A stretch of DNA of 20,929 nt from Candidatus Hermodarchaeota archaeon (GTDB lineage Archaea > Asgardarchaeota > Lokiarchaeia > Sigyniarchaeales > SOKP01), in assembly GCA_048885535.1 (NCBI GenBank), contig JBHLLO010000055.1:1-20929 (forward strand), read 5' to 3'. This document shows positions 17,894-20,929 of this stretch, in pieces (the stretch's first letter is position 1; each line of letters begins with the position of its first letter). Made by a program: the position numbers and the translations under genes. Under the pieces are notes generated by a model. It was not told the DNA's origin. It saw only the letters and a program-made list of their open reading frames with translations, and searched no databases.

Positions 17894-17971
17894 TTTTGAA
17901 ATATTCTACCCATGCCATTCCCATGAATCTAATATTTCAAAAAGAAACCATAAATGTAATACTAGATTCAT
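17894..17971 (-). promoter_or_regulatory. Candidate structured 5' leader with two mutually exclusive hairpins
   Basis: Helix A: 17971-17958 pairs with 17936-17923 (14 bp, one G-U). Helix B: 17942-17931 with 17905-17894 (12 bp perfect), a 2x2 AG/AG loop, then 17928-17922 with 17914-17908 (7 bp, two G-U). The wobble pairs form only on the minus-strand RNA. Confidence 0.5.
17906..17971 (-). CDS. Candidate leader peptide MNLVLHLWFLFEILDSWEWHG
   Basis: ATG 17971 to TAG 17906, 21 codons with three Trp, overlapping both hairpins. No RBS (would be leaderless or near-leaderless). Confidence 0.3.
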   Translation of the reverse strand: MNLVLHLWFLFEILDSWEWHG

Positions 17972-18065
17972 TTTATTTTAAATTTATTTGAAATACAGCA
18001 AAATCTTTAATTAGAATTTCAAATATCATAAACTATATCAAGAAATTATAAGTGGCAACAATAAA

Positions 18066-19418
18066 ATGTTTAAATATAAAGTATCAATTTTAGGAACTGG
18101 TTTTATTGGGTTATGTTCTGCCGCATGCTTTGCAAATAAAGATATAAAAGTATTAGCATCAACTCATAATGAAAAAAAAGCTAAAATTATAAATGAAGGA
18201 AAAGCACCCTTTTTTGAAGCTGGCTTACAAGAAATAATGGATAACATCAAGAAAAATAAGCCTGAAATGTTCCAATGTTTAACTGATCCAATAAAAGCAG
18301 TACTTGAAACAGATATCTCGATGATAACCCAAGGAACTCCAATGAGGGAGGATAAAAGTATTAATTTAAGTTTTATTGAAAGCACAGCAAAGGAGATTGG
18401 AGAAGCTTTAAAACAGAAAGACAAATATCATTTGGTAGTTGTAAGATCAACTGTTGTGCCTAGAACAACTCGTAATTTAGTTGGAAAAATTATTACTGAA
18501 ATTTCTAATAAAGAAGCCGGTAAAGATTTTGGTCTATGTATGCAACCTGAATTTTTAGCAGAAGGTCGTTCAATTGAAGATACATTAAATCCAGATAGAA
18601 TTGTAATAGGCGAATTTGATGTAAAAAGTGGAGCGATGTTACAAGAATTTTATGAATATTTTTATGGCGATCACCTTCAAAATTGTCCTATATTAAGAAT
18701 GAATATTGAAAGTGCTGAGTTAGTTAAATATGGTAATAATTGCTTATTAGCAACAAAAATAAGCTATGCAAATGAATTTGCTAATTTCGCTGAATTAGTT
18801 CCTAATATTGACATAAATTTGGTAATGAAGGGAGTAGGTCTTGATTATCGCATCAATTCTAGGTTCTTACGAGCAGGGGCGGGATTTGGGGGTTCCTGTT
18901 TTCACAAGGATGTTAATGCGATAAAAGCATGGTCAAAATCAAAAGGTTATACTTCAAGACTTTTGGAAGCTGTTTTAGATATTAATGACGACCAAGCAAT
19001 ACATATAGTCGATTTAGCTCAAGAGTTATTAGGAAGCCTAGAAGGAAAGAAAATAACTCTGTTGGGTCTTGCATTTAAACCTGGAACTGATGACATGAGA
19101 CAAGCCGCTAGCATAAGAGTCGTAAATGAGTTAATTAAGAGAAAGGTTAAGGAGATAATAGGATATGATCCAAAAGCTAATGACACTGCTAAAATTGAAT
19201 TAGGTGAAAAAGTCAAATATTATGCCCCCTCAATTGAAGAAGCGCTAAAAGATTCAGACTGTGCACTTTTAATAACTGAATGGGATGAGTTTGAAAAACT
19301 AACTCCTGATGATTTTAAAAAATACATGAAAGTACCAAATTTAGTAGATGCAAGAAGGCTATATGATTTTGAAATATTTAATGAAGCCATACCATTTAGA
19401 GCAATAGGTCGAAAATGA
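18066..19418 (+). CDS. ugd: UDP-glucose/GDP-mannose 6-dehydrogenase family protein
   Basis: GTGFIG Rossmann motif, RSTVVP, PEFLAEG, AELVKY..N, GFGGSCFHKD (catalytic Cys), GLAFKPGTDDMR, DARRLY. Confidence 0.95.
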   Translation: MFKYKVSILGTGFIGLCSAACFANKDIKVLASTHNEKKAKIINEGKAPFFEAGLQEIMDNIKKNKPEMFQCLTDPIKAVLETDISMITQGTPMREDKSINLSFIESTAKEIGEALKQKDKYHLVVVRSTVVPRTTRNLVGKIITEISNKEAGKDFGLCMQPEFLAEGRSIEDTLNPDRIVIGEFDVKSGAMLQEFYEYFYGDHLQNCPILRMNIESAELVKYGNNCLLATKISYANEFANFAELVPNIDINLVMKGVGLDYRINSRFLRAGAGFGGSCFHKDVNAIKAWSKSKGYTSRLLEAVLDINDDQAIHIVDLAQELLGSLEGKKITLLGLAFKPGTDDMRQAASIRVVNELIKRKVKEIIGYDPKANDTAKIELGEKVKYYAPSIEEALKDSDCALLITEWDEFEKLTPDDFKKYMKVPNLVDARRLYDFEIFNEAIPFRAIGRK

Positions 19419-19444
19419 CCTCAAATTAGTCTATTTGAAATAAC

Positions 19445-20677
19445 ATGGTTGAACAAATTTCTCTTAATCAAGTAAGAAGATTTACTTTAGAGAATCAATT
19501 TCTCAGAACTGAGAATCCGACAGATTCTTTACTTGAGGTTATAAAAAAAATTCATAATGTCCAGATTGACACAATTTCTGTTGTAGCTCGAGCACAAGAC
19601 CTTACTTTATTTAACCGCGTAAAAAATTATAAAGAAAAGGATGTATGGAAGTGGGAAAAAGACGGTAAAATATTTGAATATTTTTCTCATGTTTTATGTT
19701 TTTTACCAATTGAAGAATATCCATTTTATACATGGATAATAGACTATATGAGCAAAAACCCAGGAAATTGGACAAAAAACTGGATTCCAGAAAATAAATC
19801 TATTATTGAACGTGTTTATAAGCATATAAAGACATCTGGTCCAACGTGTAGCGCTGATTTCAAAAATGCCACTAAAGTTAGGAGGGAAGGTTGGTGGGAA
19901 CTAAAAGCAGAGAATATCGCTCTTAAATATTTATTTCATGCTGGAAAGATACTCGTTTCTTATAGAAAAGGATTTCAACGCTATTACGATTTATCGGAAA
20001 GGGTCATACCCTCAAATATTAGCTCAGAACCTATGGAAAAAGATGATTTACCTCAACATATCCTCGAAATCGTCTTAAATGCCTTAGGACTTGCCTGTGT
20101 TGATGACTTCTGGAATTATTTAGGCACAACTTTCCCAAAAATTATATGGGATAATGATAAGCAAAAATTAATTAACTTTTTAGAAGAATATGTTAGCGAA
20201 GGAGCTTTAATTCCTATATATATTGAAGGCATTAAGGATAAATTTTACCTTACTGAAACAGATTATAATAAGTTATCGAAAACTCCAGATAAATTAGAAG
20301 AGAATTCTCCTGTAAAGCTCTTAAGCCCGTTTGATAACATAATAAGAGATCGGTATTATCCAAAAAAGATTTGGAACTTTGATTATAAATTTGAAGCTTA
20401 TCTTCCTAAGAATAAACGAGAATTGGGTTTTTTTCTCTTGCCAATTTTAGATAATTGTGAATTCATAGGTAATATAGATGCAAAAGTTCACAGAAAAGAA
20501 AAAAAATTAGAACTTATTACAATTTATCTTGATGTCGATTTAAATAACAATCTAAGCTCTAGATTAAGAGATGGGATTTGTAAATTTGCTCAATTCAATA
20601 ATTGTACTGAAATCTATCTCAATAGAATAATTCCTCAAAAATTTTCCACAATTTTAAAACCAATACTGGAATGCTAA
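19445..20677 (+). CDS. ycaQ: YcaQ/AlkZ-family (HTH_42) DNA glycosylase, interstrand crosslink repair type
   Basis: VQIDTISVVAR (QxD catalytic motif), FEYFSH, GWW, RKGFQRYYDLSERVIP, LLSPFDNII, FDYKFEAYLP..R..GFFLLPIL..G-x-IDAK. Confidence 0.92.
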   Translation: MVEQISLNQVRRFTLENQFLRTENPTDSLLEVIKKIHNVQIDTISVVARAQDLTLFNRVKNYKEKDVWKWEKDGKIFEYFSHVLCFLPIEEYPFYTWIIDYMSKNPGNWTKNWIPENKSIIERVYKHIKTSGPTCSADFKNATKVRREGWWELKAENIALKYLFHAGKILVSYRKGFQRYYDLSERVIPSNISSEPMEKDDLPQHILEIVLNALGLACVDDFWNYLGTTFPKIIWDNDKQKLINFLEEYVSEGALIPIYIEGIKDKFYLTETDYNKLSKTPDKLEENSPVKLLSPFDNIIRDRYYPKKIWNFDYKFEAYLPKNKRELGFFLLPILDNCEFIGNIDAKVHRKEKKLELITIYLDVDLNNNLSSRLRDGICKFAQFNNCTEIYLNRIIPQKFSTILKPILEC

Positions 20678-20775
20678 CTTTTTGAATATTTTGTCAATAA
20701 GTTTTTATGTTTCCAGATAATATAATAACTCATAGAAATTAGAACGTTATAAAAAATATCAATTTATAGACGCAT

Positions 20776-20783
20776 GAGGAGGT
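20776..20783 (+). promoter_or_regulatory. Shine-Dalgarno site
   Basis: GAGGAGGT 4 nt upstream of GTG 20788. Confidence 0.7.
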
Positions 20784-20787
20784 ATTA

Positions 20788-20929
20788 GTGGAAAGGAAAA
20801 ACATTATTATTGCCTTTCTGGCTATATTATTAGCTGTATCTGGAGTAGGAAATTTCATACTTGGAATTAATTTATTATTTCATGGTGAAATTGAACCACC
20901 TCTTAATAAAACACTCGTAATAGGTACAG
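20788..20929 (+). CDS. 5' fragment of a membrane-anchored protein, probably an ABC transporter (family 5, peptide-type) substrate-binding protein
   Basis: GTG start with a strong RBS: MERKNIIIAFLAILLAVSGVGNFILGINLLFHGEIEPPLNKTLVIGT. N-terminal anchor followed by TLVIGT, which resembles the first strand of OppA/DppA-type proteins. Truncated by the window and absent from the ORF track. Confidence 0.6.
   Translation, partial: MERKNIIIAFLAILLAVSGVGNFILGINLLFHGEIEPPLNKTLVIGT

Noticed and set aside
17923-17971. AUGA...GA hairpin considered as a eukaryote-like SECIS element
   Set aside because: The pairing register is plain Watson-Crick rather than a tandem G-A quartet, and no adjacent gene has an in-frame UGA.
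568-19216. Short ORF-track entries overlapping long genes (568, 845, 1206, 1951, 3697, 5145, 6159, 6619, 9732, 10256, 10650, 13494, 14055, 14726, 18164, 19019)
   Set aside because: They are antisense or alternate-frame shadows of well-supported genes and have no motifs.

Overview
AT-rich (roughly 30% GC by eye) archaeal chromosomal window. The gene content (HdrL/HdrD, a Fae domain, a NosD-type surface beta-helix, the style of the ABC substrate-binding protein N-terminus, AGGTG/GAGGAG ribosome-binding sites) suggests an anaerobic Asgard archaeon of the Lokiarchaeia type; this is inference, not a database result. From left to right: a 3'-truncated HdrA-GltD fusion (HdrL-type) absent from the ORF track, with its HdrD-like partner; a B12-binding radical SAM enzyme; a membrane-anchored beta-helix protein; a possible zinc-ribbon pseudogene; a small Sm/Lsm-fold-like protein; a redox run (bcp, two tandem nitroreductases, YyaL-like thioredoxin-domain protein); a membrane protein; a four-gene minus-strand run (428-aa unknown, CE4 deacetylase, hexapeptide acyltransferase, DapA-family aldolase fused to formaldehyde-activating enzyme); and, divergently, UDP-glucose dehydrogenase, a YcaQ-like glycosylase and the start of an ABC substrate-binding protein. 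The best candidates for something new are: (1) the aldolase-Fae fusion, whose aldolase lacks the DHDPS substrate Arg; (2) an attenuator-like leader upstream of that run, with a 21-codon, 3-Trp uORF overlapping two mutually exclusive hairpins; (3) an apparently circularly permuted CE4 deacetylase; (4) a YyaL gene whose conserved N-terminus has no canonical start codon. I saw no rRNA, tRNA, CRISPR array or mobile element.
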